From contig OX597815.1 in the NCBI GenBank assembly GCA_951406725.2, forward strand, positions 4,836,001-4,900,000: a stretch of DNA of 64,000 nucleotides. The letters run 5' to 3'. Shown piece by piece: positions 63,102 to 64,000 of this stretch. This stretch comes from Octopus vulgaris. Lineage: Eukaryota. The translations under genes were made by a program, and so were the position numbers. How positions within the stretch are numbered: position 1 is the stretch's first letter; every line of letters begins with the position of its first letter. The notes below the pieces were generated by a model, which was given only the letters and a program-made list of their open reading frames with translations, was not told the DNA's origin and searched no databases.

Positions 63102-63334
63102 ATTTCTTTACTACCCACAAGGGGCTAAACACAGAAGGGACAAACAAGGACAGACAAACGGGATTAAGTCGATTACATCGACCCCAGTGTGTAACTGGTA
63201 CTTAATTTATCGACCCCGAAAGGACGAAAGGCAAAGTCGACGCCGGCGGAATTTGAACTCAGAATGTAATGGCAGACGAAATACTGCTAAGCATTTCGCC
63301 CGGCGTGCTAACGTTTCTGCCAGCTCACCGCCTT
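63102..63334 (-). mobile_element. SINE family B monomer with a 23-bp TSD
   Basis: CTGTAAACTTAACCTCAATATCT at 63079-63101 and 63335-63357. Confidence 0.9.
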
Positions 63335-63943
63335 CTGTAAACTTAACCTCAATATCTTTGACCAATTCTTTCAAGGTTTACAAGAAGAAAGACACGCATT
63401 GCTTCTGTGTATTTTCCCAAGACAACAGAAAAGCTATGGGACCTCTTCTATTGAACTATAGTACCATCCCAGATGCAATTGTCAAAGCCACCATCATCAT
63501 CATCACCATTCTTTGTGTTGAGCCCTGCTGCTTCAGCTAAAGAGTTAACATCAACATGGCACGTAAAAAAGCACTCACTACACTCTAGGAAGGGCGGGCA
63601 TCCAGCTGTAGAAACTCTGCCAGATCAAGATTGGAGCCTGGTGCAGCCATCTGGTTTGCCAGTCCTCAGTCAAAATCGTCCAACCCATGCTAGCATGGAA
63701 AGCAGACGTTAAACGATGATGATGATGATGATGATTAAGAACCCTTCAGAGAGACACCCTAGTTCTGTTTCTCTTTATGAATGTTGGGAATAATATCCTT
63801 AAGCAAGGTCTTTTGTCCACCATTCACAATAAAGGCCTCATCATTAAGCAGAAGCAATCAAGACATCAGCAGATCCTGTATCTCTCTCTGATCTTGATTA
63901 TATTGAGGCTGTTGTACTCACAACTCATCAACTAAGTCTTATA

Positions 63944-64000
63944 CAGGGTGGACCAAAATGACCTGACACATTTGGAGGCTTAATAAAAGCACAAAATAAG
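63944..64000. mobile_element. Probable Tc1/mariner-type terminus (cut by the window edge)
   Basis: TA|CAGGGTGGACCAAAATGACCTGACAC. Only one end is visible. Confidence 0.4.

Overview
Repeat-saturated animal genomic DNA. Its SINE/LINE and microsatellite repertoire looks like an octopus (coleoid cephalopod) genome; this is inferred, not proven. Only one host coding exon is supportable: a 174-bp, phase 0/0 minus-strand exon (11705-11878) encoding the RRM-like domain of an RCAN/calcipressin (regulator of calcineurin). Most of the window is therefore probably RCAN intron. Nearly all long ORFs in the supplied track are microsatellite artefacts. The rest consists of dozens of 5'-truncated RTE LINE 3' ends with (GAT)n tails, several tRNA-derived SINE families, BovB/CR1 fragments, TTAA (piggyBac-type) MITEs, two non-autonomous Helitrons, a solo LTR, and mini/microsatellites. 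The most interesting signal is a set of short Penelope-like, often fold-back elements carrying hammerhead-ribozyme (HHR) motifs with different core variants. One is an apparently intact, non-circularly permuted (pseudoknotted) HHR on the RCAN sense strand about 355 nt downstream of the exon. The others are C3:G8, G3:C8, U3:A8 and U4C minimal variants. The window also holds several young long inverted duplications (candidate dsRNA/ADAR substrates) and two CRE-rich unique islands. All structures were read by eye; none was folded or searched computationally.
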